A stretch of DNA of 64,000 nucleotides, taken from NCBI GenBank assembly GCA_012295275.1, contig CM022679.1, positions 372,001 to 436,000 of the forward strand. Reading direction: 5' to 3'. Both the position numbers and the translations under genes were made by a program. The stretch comes from Chrysomallon squamiferum (taxonomy: Eukaryota > Animalia > Mollusca). This document shows, piece by piece, positions 36,201-51,035 of the stretch. The notes beneath the pieces are model-generated. The model did no database searches. It saw only the letters and a list, made by a program, of their open reading frames with translations, and was not told the DNA's origin. How positions within the stretch are numbered: position 1 is the stretch's first letter; the number at the start of each line of letters is the position of its first letter.

Positions 36201-38574
36201 GACGGAATAGTGCCACACGGATTTTCAACTTTTGAAAATCGAATTTTTTCAAGTTTCGTTGAAAATGCTAGGGGTACCTTATTCAAAGTGCAATAACTTT
36301 TTCTGTGCACGTGGGAAAAATCGGGCGCACATACCCAAAAGTGGGGCAAGGGTTGCCCTACACGGGTGAAAAGTGCCGCACGCCGCACCCAAGGGGAACA
36401 ACTCGTTTCCGACACGTGCACAAAAAACGCACATATTTTTGAAAATTTGCTCGTTTTTTTTTTCAAACGCATTTTCTAAAGGTGCAGCACCTTTGGAAAA
36501 TGTTGGAAACCATTTTGCCACACTCGCCCCGACGGCGCGCACCTTTTGCACACGTTGAAATATTTTTCCCGACAGGACGGAATAGTGCCACACGGATTTT
36601 CAACTTTTGAAAATCGAATTTTTTCAAGTTTCGTTGAAAATGCTAGGGGTACCTTTTTCAAAGTGCAATAACTTTTTCTGTGCACGTGGGAAAAATCGGG
36701 CGCACATACCCAAAAGTGGGGCAAGGGTTGCCCTACACGGGTGAAAAGTGCCGCACGCCGCACCCAAGGGGAACAACTCGTTTCCGACACGTGCACAAAA
36801 AAACACATATTTTTGAAAATTTGCTCGTTTTTTTTTCAAACGCATTTTCTAAAGGTGCAGCACCTTTGGAAAATGTTGGAAACCATTTTGCCACACTCGC
36901 CCCGACGGCGCGCACCTTTTGCACACGTTGAAATATTTTTCCCGACAGGACGGAATAGTGCCACACGGATTTTCAACTTTTGAAAATCGAATTTTTTCAA
37001 GTTTCGTTGAAAATGCTAGGGGTACCTTTTTCAAAGTGCAATAACTTTTTCTGTGCACGTGGGAAAAATCGGGCGCACATACCCAAAAGTGGGGCAAGGG
37101 TTGCCCTACACGGGTGAAAAGTGCCGCACGCCGCACCCAAGGGGAACAACTCGTTTCCGACACGTGCACAAAAAACGCACATATTTTTGAAAATTTGCTC
37201 GTTTTTTTTTCAAACGCATTTTCTAAAGGTGCAGCACCTTTGGAAAATGTTGGAAACCATTTTGCCACACTCGCCCCGACGGCGCGCACCTTTTGCACAC
37301 GTTGAAATATTTTTCCCGACAGGACGGAATAGTGCCACACGGATTTTCAACTTTTGAAAATCGAATTTTTTCAAGTTTCGTTGAAAATGCTAGGGGTACC
37401 TTTTTCAAAGTGCAATAACTTTTTCTGTGCACGTGGGAAAAATCGGGCGCACATACCCAAAAGTGGGGCAAGGGTTGCCCTACACGGGTGAAAAGTGCCG
37501 CACGCCGCACCCAAGGGGAACAACTCGTTTCCGACACGTGCACAAAAAACGCACATATTTTTGAAAATTTGCTCGTTTTTTTTTTTTCAAACGCATTTTC
37601 TAAAGGTGCAGCACCTTTGGAAAATGTTGGAAACCATTTTGCCACACTCGCCCCGACGGCGCGCACCTTTTGCACACGTTGAAATATTTTTCCCGACAGG
37701 ACGGAATAGTGCCACACGGATTTTCAACTTTTGAAAATCGAATTTTTTCAAGTTTCGTTGAAAATGCTAGGGGTACCTTTTTCAAAGTGCAATAACTTTT
37801 TCTGTGCACGTGGGAAAAATCGGGCGCACATACCCAAAAGTGGGGCAAGGGTTGCCCTACACGGGTGAAAAGTGCCGCACGCCGCACCCAAGGGGAACAA
37901 CTCGTTTCCGACACGTGCACAAAAAACGCACATATTTTGAAAATTTGCTCGTTTTTTTTTCAAACGCATTTTCTAAAGGTGCAGCACCTTTGGAAAATGT
38001 TGGAAACCATTTTGCCACACTCGCCCCGACGGCGCGCACCTTTTGCACACGTTGAAATATTTTTCCCGACAGGACGGAATAGTGCCACACGGATTTTCAA
38101 CTTTTGAAAATCGAATTTTTTCAAGTTTCGTTGAAAATGCTAGGGGTACCTTATTCAAAGTGCAATAACTTTTTCTGTGCACGTGGGAAAAATCGGGCGC
38201 ACATACCCAAAAGTGGGGCAAGGGTTGCCCTACACGGGTGAAAAGTGCCGCACGCCGCACCCAAGGGGAACAACTCGTTTCCGACACGTGCACAAAAAAC
38301 GCACATATTTTGAAAATTTGCTCGTTTTTTTTTCAAACGCATTTTCTAAAGGTGCAGCACCTTTGGAAAATGTTGGAAACCATTTTGCCACACTCGCCCC
38401 GACGGCGCGCACCTTTTGCACACGTTGAAATATTTTTCCCGACAGAACGGAATAGTGCCACACGGATTTTCAACTTTTGAAAATCGAATTTTTTCAAGAT
38501 TCGTTGAAAATGCTAGGGGTACCTTTTTCAAAGTGCAATAACTTTTTCTGTGCACGTGGGAAAAATCGGGCGCA
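33236..38574. repeat. 374-bp satellite array, at least 14 highly homogeneous copies, truncated by the gap
   Basis: GTGCACGTGGGAAAAATCGGGCGCAC recurs every 373-377 bp (33302, 33676 and onward); CpG-rich relative to flanks. Confidence 0.97.
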
Positions 38575-38774
38575 NNNNNNNNNNNNNNNNNNNNNNNNNN
38601 NNNNNNNNNNNNNNNNNNNNNNNNNNNNNNNNNNNNNNNNNNNNNNNNNNNNNNNNNNNNNNNNNNNNNNNNNNNNNNNNNNNNNNNNNNNNNNNNNNNN
38701 NNNNNNNNNNNNNNNNNNNNNNNNNNNNNNNNNNNNNNNNNNNNNNNNNNNNNNNNNNNNNNNNNNNNNNNNNN
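38575..38774. other. Assembly gap (200 N)
   Basis: Exactly 200 N, a round size typical of a scaffolding join of unknown true length. Confidence 0.99.
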
Positions 38775-39090
38775 TTTTATTCATAATGTGTTTTGTAAGT
38801 TTTCAAGTTTATATATATTTTATTATTCATAATGTGCTTTGTAAGTTTTTCAAGTTTATATATATTTTATTCATAATGTGTTTTCTAAGTTTTTCAAGTT
38901 TATATATTTTTTATAAATATGTTTATAAGTTTTTCAAGTTTATATATGTTTTATTTTAATGTGTTTTATAAGTTTTAAAGTTTTATATGTTTTATTTATA
39001 ATGTGTTTTGTAAGTTTAAAGTTTTATATATGTTTTATTTATAATGTGTTTTGTAAGTTTTAAAGTTTATATGTTTTATTCATGTGTTTA
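38775..39090. repeat. ~43-bp AT-rich minisatellite, ~7 copies, at the gap edge
   Basis: Unit TTTTATTCATAATGTGTTTTGTAAGTTTTCAAGTTTATATATA. Confidence 0.85.
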
Positions 39091-42000
39091 TAACAGATTT
39101 TATTTCAAACTGCATAACAGACACACAGAACCTCTGTTACAGACACAGACAAGCAATTAGGTCAGACAGATACACAGTGACACAGACAAACAGACACTAT
39201 TGTCCACAGTGACCCCTTTAACAAAGAGAGTTTATCTCCACACTCAGACATCACAAAAATGCGTCCACTTTAATGTGTATGTTACCTGTAATAAAGGTAA
39301 AAATAACCATGTTACCTGTAGGTGTAAAGATATACATTACAGTAAAACATTCAGGTTTAGTGACTTATTTTGTTCTTTGTTACTGCACAGTACAGGTAAA
39401 ATAATCAGGGAAATACTTGAGTGACACCTGTACTATTTTGCCCTTTCTTTGATCATGTGACACAACATTTAAATATTAACTTCTCATCCATTGTGTAAAG
39501 ACATAAACAGTCAAATACTTCTAATAATTAAATATTCATTTTGATATTTACTTCATATCCCAACAGAGATTTCGAGTCAAACAGTTAAAGATAAAAAACA
39601 CTGTCATTTAGCAAGTAATATTTTCTGTGTACTTTCTCAGGCAGGAAACTATGATAAATCCTCAGAACCAGTGGTATAATATAAAACAGTTTAGTATGAC
39701 ATTTACAGAAGGAATGATTTTTGGATCTACCATGCCTGAGGCAATGTTCTAACAGCCAGTGTTGTCAGATATCACTAGTGATAGAATAAATCTTGTGTTT
39801 CTAATTATAGACACGTTAGTATCAGGCAATGGTTGAGTTATTTACAGTAACTAGATTATTTTGAAAATGCTCAGTGTTCACAAATAAACAAAACTGCCAT
39901 GTTTACCTCTGTATAACACTGAACTAAATTGTAACAGACACATAAAACAAATAAACAAGACAAACACTGCAGCCAATATCTTCCCACCAAAACATCTGTT
40001 TTCCATGGAAACCAGACAAACATTATCATAAACAAGGGCAGTGTTCTAAAGGTCACTTTAACCATTTTTCTTATCTCAATTACGATTCTTTTTCCACTGG
40101 CTTTCAGTTCACATTTTACTTAGATGTTTGGGACATTCACCTCCATTTTAAATTTTTAAATTTTTTTTAACTAGGTCATCAGTTCTTTAATCACCCATTC
40201 CAGAGGTTAGCTTTACACACTTCAGTGACACAAAATTTTTTACCTGTGGTTTGATATTCATTAGGTATTCATTTTACCTACATGGTTTTATCAGGTCAGT
40301 ACAACCAGTTCTTTACCTACCCACACCTGTTGATTTGGTGTTCTGCACTTCAGTAACAAAACATAATTTTTACCTGAAGCCACTAATCTTATTTTTCTAC
40401 TTGACAAATTTTATTTAAATCTTTCTACCCAGTTTTCACCCATCCACTGTCACCAAGGTCTGATTAATGATGATTGTTACATACAGTCTTAAGAATTAGG
40501 AAGTAAACCAGATTTTGAAAGTATATATTTCATAGTACCATAAAAGTAACAAAAAGAAAATCCTCCATAAAATTATATTTCACTAGTTAGAACATTAACC
40601 TTATGTTTGTGTTTTAAATACAGCTTGGTAACTGACAGGTTTTTCTATGATACTGAAACTAATTTTGAAATCAAAAGGCTGTATAAAAGTGATTAAAACT
40701 AACAAAGATGATTTATACTGAAATCCTGTATTTAAATATTTGTTTTAATTTATTTTAACTAATTTTTTACTCACCTACAGGAGGAAAGCAGCATCGACTG
40801 TGAGAAGTTTACCCTGAGTGTACACCTGTTCACTCACCTGAGATTTCACCTGGGCTTGTTTGACTTGGCCAACTGACTGAGAATTCTTTGACTTAACGTT
40901 TAGTCTGCGATCACGTCTAACTTAGCAACCATTAGACTGCTTCACGTTTCCTTAACCACCGCTTTCTTTAAACTTAGGTTTTAGTTTTCAGTTTAGGTTT
41001 ACATTTAGCTTTATTTTTGGATTTAGCATAGTTTAAATTACATATTTTGTTTTTATGTCTTGATTATTGATAAATTTGCTCTCTTTTCTTTTCACATTAT
41101 TATTCATTTTCATTTTTATTTTTTATTTTTTCCAACAAATAATCTGTTATATAAATACAACAACAGTAAAATAGATGTTGTTAATTAAAAGTTTATTTAT
41201 TTCAAGAATATGTTTTTTTTTTTTGAAAAAAACTCAGAGTGCTGAACTGGGAAGAGAAAATTTTTTGTGTTTGTATTCTTCACACCACAGACACATTCAG
41301 GAATACAGACTAATTAGACACATTCCAGGAATACAGACTAATTAACAGAAGATAAATTTAAAATTTAAAATTTTTAAACAAAAAACGTTTCTGTCTTACC
41401 TGACCCCTCTGTAGCCTCAGACTGGATGGCAGCCACATTTCTATTCCAACACACAAAACAAACACAACTACACCACAACGTCGCTTTCAGCACAGCGCTG
41501 CAGTCAATACACCAGGGGAGACAACAGCTTTGTAACAGCACAGTGCTGCACAACGGCAGTGCTGACCTCGCGCTGCTGATAAGCTTTATACGCTGTGAGT
41601 TTCTTCCTGTACTCACTGACAACCGCCTACTGACAACTCAACCAGGAAACCACATCACTTCTGTCTAACACCACTTTCAGCCTCATCTCATCAAGCCAGG
41701 GACAGCTCACAGTTCAGGAAGAATTTAGCTTATTTTTATGTTCTTTCAGGCATTTGGAATAAATTAAAAAAATTAAATTTAAAAAAACTCTCCCCTCCAA
41801 AACCTTAAAATCCACTGCATTTTCACTGTTAATTACTGACAAAAAGATAAAACACCTCCCCATTTGTTACCACTGATCTGTCCTTAAAACAACTTGAAGT
41901 ATTACGACCATTTAAACTGGATTACAATGACGTCATTAACCACTAAAAATAATATTTCTGGAAATTTTCATTCTTGTGGATATTTGAAAATTTTACAAGG

Positions 42001-43758
42001 AAATTATTACTGGTTGATGATCTCATGTCCAGAATCTGAAACTCTTTCAGTGTGAGTCATTTCAGAAATCACACACAAAATATTTCCTTACTAGACAGGA
42101 CATTTTATAAATTTAAACTTATTTTTATATCTGTAGAAATTTTATACTTTGATTTCCTTTTCTGAAGTAACCAGTTTAAAACTACACATGAATGTACAGA
42201 CAGACAGACAGATAGAAGATTATTCTATGTGCTAAAATAAAACTGGAGAAAAATGTTTAAAACAACACAGGATCCAGTATCAGTTATGAGAAAATAAAAA
42301 AATCCCTTTCAGTAACAAATAGATAACATATAAAAGAGCTAGGAATTTTTAGAAAGATAAAACAGAAATTTATCATGAAAATTAATTATTCACTTGTTAA
42401 ATATTATTTTCTTTATTTTATTATAAAATATTTCTTCTTATTATTATTATTAGTGTATTTTGTCAATAGTATTATTAAGTGTATTATATTAATTTGTCTA
42501 AATTTGTTTGAAATTTTGAGGAAATTAAAAAGGAAGAGCCACAGGGGAAGCCTCTCTGATTGGCTGGAATTTTATCTTGTTAAAAAAATAGATAAATTAA
42601 CGTCACATTATTTTAATTAAAGAGTAACATTACAACAATGGAAACAGAGAAACATGTAAAACTATAAACCGATAACTTCTATATAGTGATATCCACTCAC
42701 ACACTAAAGTGCAGATTGTGTAAACTGTAAGTACAGTGTAAGTTTAATGTACTTGTTGTTAATTGAGTGGGTTGTAGTTAATGGTTAGAATACTCATGTT
42801 ACATAACGGTTTCAAATTTCTCAGTGATGCAGAAAATTAAAATAATTTCAAAAAATCATTTCAAAATGTTATTATGCTTCTTGGGGGTGAGAACTGTTTT
42901 TTTCTGAATTAACTGTAAAGTTTATATGACAGTTTGATATGAAGTTTCAAGATACTGTCCAGTAAAATAATCAACATTTATTTTACAGATTTCTTTTTTT
43001 CTTTTTATTATTATTAATTATTTTTTTTACCTATAAACAAGAACCAGAAAAATAATGAAAAAAAAAAAAAAAAAAAATTAATACATGATCCTACACTTTT
43101 CATACATTATAAACTTGAACAATTTCTAACAGCACAGACATAAACCAGAAAACTTGACACAACACTGAATATGAAAACAGAGCAAACTAAAAATAAAGTT
43201 ATAAAACAACAACAAAGGTTTACCTGAACGTGGTAACAACTGTACTAACATGTGAACAGACACACTCTGCTGCGAGAAGCTGGAGTAGATTAGTGCAGTA
43301 AGAAACACTTAGAAAACACTTGATCTGCACTACACAGGCATGGAGGAAACGACTCTAAATAAACAACCCAGTTTAGCTCCAACCTGCCGCAAACAGGACA
43401 GGACTTGAAAAACAAGCGAAGCGGGTGGGCGAGTGGGTGGGTGGTGTTTACTTTCATTGAAATTTACCTGCATACACCTGAGTAATAAAGTAAAACCTGG
43501 GAGATAAGTTTACAGAGAAGGTGAAAAGTGGTTACATAATAATAACTGTAATTTTATTTATCTGTTTTTGTGTCGACAACAGAATGTGATAACAAAAATA
43601 ACAACAGGGTTTAACAATAAATAAATAAATAAATAAATAAATAAATATGTGATATTTCTACATGTTTTCATGTTAATGTTTAACTGGTGTCTGTGGTGTG
43701 ACTGAAAAGGAAACTTACTGTTACCTGCTCTGTACACATGCATATAAATGTGTATGTA

Positions 43759-43815
<57 letters not shown>

Positions 43816-44329
43816 ATGTATGTGTGTGTATGTATGTGTGTATATATATGTGCGTGTCTTTTTTATGTTTGCATGTATGTGTGTGCATGTATACATGTGT
43901 ATACATATGCACATACACATACATATATTTATTTACATATATTTGTATGTTTGTGTCTGTGTATTTTTAGTCTGTGTGTATGTATGTTTATTAACAGTCT
44001 ATCTATGCACACACATATACATATATTTATTTACATATATTTGAATGTTTGTGTCTGTGTATTTTTAGTCTGTGTGTATGTATGTTTATTAACAGTCTAT
44101 GTATTAAAAACACTTTCACGAGAAAACACTAAAGAATGATATAAACAATACTACAACAAACTGTTAAATACACAAGTTTTACACAAAAACATTAGCACTA
44201 TCTGTACGTGGAAAAACACAGCGCAGTAAGAAAGAAGAAAAACAGAAAGATAACAAACGAGTCTGTCATTTTCTCACCAGAAAAACACTTCACTGAATTT
44301 TGTATCCTCAGGACATGACCTTGACCCTC

Positions 44330-44888
44330 ATACACACAGTTACACTAACAAGACTTGTACACAGTTACACTAACACGACTTGTACAAATAGATTAACAAG
44401 ACTTGTACACACAGTTACACTAACAAGACTTGTACATACAGTTACATTAACAAGACTTGTACACACAGTTACACTAACACGACTTGTACAAATAGTTAGA
44501 TTAACAAGACTTGTACACACAGTTAGACTAACAAGACTTGTACACACAGTTACACTAACACGACTTGTACAAATAGATTAACAAGATTTGTACACACAGT
44601 TACACTAACAAGACTTGTACATAGTTAGATTAACAAGACTTGTAGAAACAGTTACATTAACAAGACTTGTAGAAACAGTTACATTAACAAGACTTGTAGA
44701 AACAGTTACATTAACAAGACTTGTTGAAAGTTACATTAACAAGACTTGTACACACAGTTACATTAACAAGACTTGTACACAGTTACACTAACAAGACTTG
44801 TACACAGTTACATTAACAAGACTTGTACACAAAGTTACACTAACAAGACTTGTACACACAGTTACATTAACAAGACTTGTACACACAG
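44330..44888. repeat. 27-bp minisatellite, ~21 copies
   Basis: Unit ACACACAGTTACACTAACAAGACTTGT. Confidence 0.95.
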
Positions 44889-47800
44889 AAAAATATTTTA
44901 TCAGAGGGATATAGTAATCAAGTAATTAGAATTATGTCACAACAAACAAGCTTGAACATTTTTATTGATGAAATAAAATTTGTATAAATAAATTTTATTT
45001 ACTTGATATTTCTCTTCAGTGGGTTCATGTACATTTATTTTTATTTTTTTATTCTTTGTCATTTTCATATTAACAACTGTGAAAACTCTGATTTCAGATT
45101 TCAAGTAGAGGAAATTTTGTTAACTGATCTAGATAATTATTAAAGATGAAACATGAAGAATAAGTATTCATTTGTCTCAGATTTACTCAAAATTCTTCTG
45201 TAAACTGGGAAAAGATCTGAAACAGGAAAGACACAAGTAGAAACCAGAAACCAGAAAGAAAGAAAGAAAACACAAAACATCCTGTATTAAGTATGTAATA
45301 TATCATGAACCTATATGTAATATCAAATATATCTGTGTCTAATAGATTTCTACATGTAATAGTAAGTTAGATAAATGTTTTCTGTTTAATATTGATTTTC
45401 ACATTTTAGAATTTCCTCCATTTTATATGTAAAAGTGAAACTAGTTAATTATACTGTACAAGTATTATGTTATAAAGTATATATCTTCCTTTCTGTACAA
45501 CATTTATTGTGAATGTGTAATAATACGTAATATTAGACATCCACAAGTGTGTGTTATAAAATGTTATATTCATATAAAACTGTAATATTAGAAATATTCA
45601 TGTAAAGCAGAATGTTGTAAATCTCTGGACAGCCTCTGACAGTTATATCCAGTAAAGAGATTAATTCTGTGGTCAAGATTAATCTGAGAAATGTCAGACA
45701 AGGAGAAAATCAATACAAGATATCTGATTGGTCACGTCTGCACACTGCAAACTGACGTCTGCACCATGTAACTGATAACATCATTGACATTTTTATTATA
45801 TAATCATTTGTACTGCAGTTTCCTTTATTAGTTTTTCTTTAACATTATTATTACTATTACTGTTGTTAGTGTTATTACTACTGCTACCACAATTACTACT
45901 ATTATTACTGTTCTTATTATTATTACTGTTATTGTTATTATCAGTAGTAATAGTAGAAATAGTAGTGGGTAGTAGTAATATTTATTTGTGTCTTGCAAAA
46001 TGTTTTTTGCCGTTTTGCTTTTTTCCCCTTTTCTTTTTCTCCCTCTCTTTTTCCCTTCTTCTACATGCAAGGCAAGTACTGATTACCAGTTGGCAAAGTT
46101 TTAAAATTCCTCGTAGACTGTTCACCTTGGTTTTCTAAATCTGTGTGTCACTATTAACAGTCACTGCCCTGCGAAACAGGAGGGCTGAGGTGAGGGTGTA
46201 GATTTAGAACATGGTAGTTTAGTACTAGTTCAATTAGTCTGGTGACGTTACACTCGTATTTTGTGTTAAATTCTGAAAGTGAGTATAATCCAGTTTCTTA
46301 TAAAAGTAAGGGTTATGTAATTCAAACTAGGGGAGGTAAGTGTTGTGTAATTCAAACTAGGGGAGGTAAGGTTTACTCAAACAAGGTGAATGTTCTTTGG
46401 TTCACATTTTCAGTTTAAATTTTTTTTTTTTTCTTGTTCACAAAACAGGAAGTGGAAACTTTTTACAGAATCAGCACATTTCTGCATGTTTTTCAATCAT
46501 TTTCTCATTCCTAACATTTTCATTTCCTGTTTTTTTTGTGTGGTTTTTCACCCCATTATTGAGAAAACTGTACATTAGTAAAGTGTTGTTTGTGTAGCTG
46601 ATCAGTGAGTGTTCTGTTTGCAGTTGTTGTTTTGTCTTTGAAATTCTGAAATTTTCTTTTCCTTTTAACTCACGACAGAACTGATTGTTTACAAATTAAG
46701 ATTAAACTTAAATCATATCTCTAACATCAACAACCTAAAATCAATTATTCCTAATCTATTAAATATTTGTTATTGTAAATCACATTACGGTACTTGAGTA
46801 CACACTTGTGTACATGTATTTATAAAACCTGGTTTGTATTTTTATATAATATAACAGATGTTATAATTTACATTTAAAAAAATATAATTTAAAAAATAAA
46901 AATAAATAAGTAAAAATCTATTTATTTTCACTGGCATACATTTAAGTTTTGAAAGAAAACATTTAATCCATTCACTACATTCTTGTCTAAAATAAGAAAA
47001 ACTATTTCTTTTCTGGCAAACGTTATCTTCAAAACTGAATATAATTTGTAAAAAAAACAACAAAAAAAAGCCCCCATGGACTGCTGAAAAATACCAGTTA
47101 TCTGCTCCACTTAAAAAAAAAGAAAAAACGAAAGAAAAGTAGAAAAGAAAAAGGAATAAAAAACAAGGAAACGATGGAAAGGGAAAGAAGCCCCCTGTTG
47201 TGAAATGTGATGTGTGACAGTTAATGGGTTAAAGAGGAATCTGAGTTACATGGCTGTGAGTCATGTTTCTATTCTCACAAGTTTGACTTCTGGGAAATAA
47301 TGTATGAGTTTGTCAGAGTTCTACCTAACACAGGAATCTGCATAACAAAAAAAAAAAGTTAAGTAATTATCCATAAGAAGGCTGATGCTGTGAGAGTTAA
47401 ACATGGAGAAATCTGCATTAAAAACATAATTAACTCAATTTGTTGCAGTAAGAGGTATAGGGTTAAATATGTTGTGGTGTCTGCTGTGCTGGTAACTTGA
47501 GCCATGAAAGGGTTAATTATAGGATGTTTACAAATTACACAACATTCTGTAAAAAGAGATGATTAACCCTTTTAGTGTCACAGTTAAACTGCTGTTAGAA
47601 CATATGTTTGTGATTATCTGCTGCTTCAGTGTAACATAACTTGTTAATCTAACTCTGAGCTGTAGAACAAATATGTAAATACTCTCTTAATCAGTGGTTA
47701 GTTTTTTTATCCACCACTCAGTTATTTACCATTCTAACCACTGCTCCATGGCTGACACACCTAACACTGAGATGAAATAAAATGTAAATAGTCTCTTAGA

Positions 47801-49903
47801 CAGTCGTAGTGCTCACTCAGATTGAGCAGTCAACCTTCCTGTCCACCACTGACCTATTTCATGTTCCAACCACTGCTCCATTAGTGATTTATCACAGGCA
47901 GTGGAAACATTTTAATTCATGAGAAGGTAAAACAAAAAAGTATCTTGCTGCTAAATAATAACTCATGAATTAGATTTCCTTTCCCTCCTTCTGTATTCAG
48001 AATCTAAAAGCTTTAAAATAATCAAACTGTCATTATAGTCTCAAATAAATCAGTGACTTAAAACATTAAATATTTCCTTACTGATTTCAAGAGTTTACTT
48101 CTAATCTTTTAAAATAAAACGTTCCTTCATTTATTTGATTTTGTGTATGTCCAATCTATTTTATTTATTTATTTTTTGTTTAGTCACTATTATTACTACA
48201 TTTATGATTATTATGATTATTGTTATTATGATTATTACTATTGTTATTGTTATGATGTAACATATTAAAGAGAGTTCATTGTTTACTGATATCTTAAACA
48301 GAGTCACTCTGTATGCAACTGAACAGTAAACACTGTTTACAAAACAAAGACAGTGTTGTAAATGGACAAACTCAGCAGAGAACAAGCTACTTTTGTGGTT
48401 TATTAAGGAAGCTGCTGTAGGCGATGAAGACACCAGTCATGCTGAAAATGGAGATGTGTAAGTAAAATGACATACAATAGCTAGTATTTGTAGGAAATAT
48501 GTAAATCTACTAAATTTTGTATATGTTTCAAGTGTTAAATGAAGAGTGGAATTATTGTTGTTGCTGCTGTTGTTGTTGTGATGATGGTTGTAATGGTGTT
48601 GTTTTTTAAATAAAAATTCAGTCAAAAGCCAATTATGAAAACTGGTTATTTAAATGACATAAAAAGAGAGATACAATTAAAATATTTACTGTATTTTAAA
48701 TAAAATAAAATAAAAATATTTACATTATTTTACATAAAATAAATACTTTTTGAGTATTTACTGTATTAAAAATAAAATACAATAAAATAAAAATTCTGTT
48801 CTACTTCCAGAATGTTTGAGGTATTTTAAATAAAATAAAAAAATACTGTTAGAAAGTTTACGTTATTTGAAATGAAGACTACAATTAGCGTGTTTACGGT
48901 ATTTAAACTAAAATGAAGACTACAATTAGAGGGTTTACGGTATTTAAGGACTGCACTTACCCAAGGACACTCGACGACTTCCTCACAAACTTGACAAGCT
49001 CTCCGCTGCACAACAGTGACCACGGCGTGACACACTTGTGACAGGAAGTCATACATGACTAACAACTGCTACAACAACGGCGGCGTATGGGTTAATTAGC
49101 TGATTAAGTATTATTAACACACATACAGTGACTTTCATTCATCAAGATCGACTCAATGACTCTATAACTGGGCATATCAACATGTTTATATCAATGTGGT
49201 TCAGGCACGCTTGTTGTCATGCAGTACTTGTATATAATAATACTCTGTCTTTCTTTTTCCTGCACTCTTCTCTCTCACATTAATACATGCATGCAAAAGC
49301 ATACAAAGTGACATACGCAATACATGTAATAAATACATTCATTCAGACTCTCACGTGCACATACATACACAAACATATACACCTAAAAACGCGCGCACAC
49401 ACACACACTCATCTATATGTACAAACACATCGTCACATGCACAGATACGTACAACACGTTCAGAACAACAAGTTATTTATTAAACATGTGTTTACGTCAG
49501 TAGAACAGACGACACTAAGAAATTCTCAACGAAACAAATATTACATCTACGAACGAATCTCAGCTGGTGGCGCCATCTAGTAAGTGCTGGAATGTGAAAC
49601 TGTCAACCGCAGTCAACTCGCAGATAAAAATTGTGTTCTTATGAAAGACTCCATTATTGTTTGTTTATTTTAATTTCCTCCAATGAGGTGCCCCGTCTGT
49701 CTGTGTCATATGCAATCAAGTTAAATGGAAATGTGTAAAATGTGGTTTATATTATCTTGTTAAATGTGGAATATTTTTAAATATGAAATGTTTGCTTTTA
49801 TTCTGTGCATTGTGGTTTTGTGTGTGTGTGTGTGTGTGTCAATAAATTTACGTGTGCATAAATGTATGTGTGTGTGTCTTTTTCTGAGTATAGTGTGAGT
49901 GTG

Positions 49904-49937
<34 letters not shown>

Positions 49938-51035
49938 CATACATCTGTGAATGTGTGTGACAGAGTGTGAATATGTTAAAAACATTATGAAAACAAACCT
50001 AATATTTAAAACTAATTTTCTAGCTGAGATATGTAAACAAGAAATTGAGAAAAAACAAATAAATAAAGGTTGACTGTTGTAAAATGTCTAATAGAGATAA
50101 GCACAGACTGTAACTCTTGGTAAAAACTGGTTGCAGTCGCCAGTCTAACACTTATCAGTGATAACATCACACACATACGTTATACAAATATATCACACAT
50201 GCAGACAGTGATATCAGTGTTATTAACACATCTGTTTTTTGCTTTATCTACAATACTGTGTTTATTGTGTTTGTAATTATTGCAGTGTCATATTCACAGT
50301 AAAGGTTCAAGTACTTGTTTACTGGACACACTGATTTACTGTGTGAAATAATTATATATTTCTTCCCTGGAGGTTTTCTCTATACTTGTTTTTCTTCTTC
50401 TGTTTAATTATTTATAAAGATTCAGTGTTTTAAAGCAAACCTGTCCAGAAACATCAATAACAAGAAATATATTCAAACATATACAGAGAAAGAGGTTTAT
50501 TTATACATACAGTTCTTATACATAAACAGTTTTTTGTTTGATATTTTGTGTTTTTTCTTAGGCAACTTGAGGTTCCAGTGATACCACAGAGTTGGATTTA
50601 AAACTGATAATAAAATTTTCTGTTGTTTTGTAAAACAAGTCTAACCTGGCACACTGCCAGACACAGGTAACTGACATCTCACCTGTATTTAGTCATCAGT
50701 GCCAGGTAAAAAACCAATTAAAGTTTTCACAATTAACAACACATTTCTTCTTTTAATTTTCAAACAGGTGTGCAGTAGTGGGGGATAATTAAAGGTGGTG
50801 GATGAATTTATGGATAAACAGAAAGAAGGAAAAATTGGTAGTGGGTATATCTAGTTATTTAATATATATATATATATATACATACATAATTATACACATA
50901 TACATACACAAATACACAAACATAAAGATATGAATACACACACAGAAACAATAAATAAAATGTGTTTTGTAATAAATGCAACATTATAGACACACCCAAA
51001 TCCTGAATAACACAAACCACAGTCACTGGTGGACT

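Noticed and set aside
33067-38959. Dozens of repeated 60-166 aa ORFs
   Set aside because: Translations of the 374-bp satellite; frames change with homopolymer length and no domain is evident
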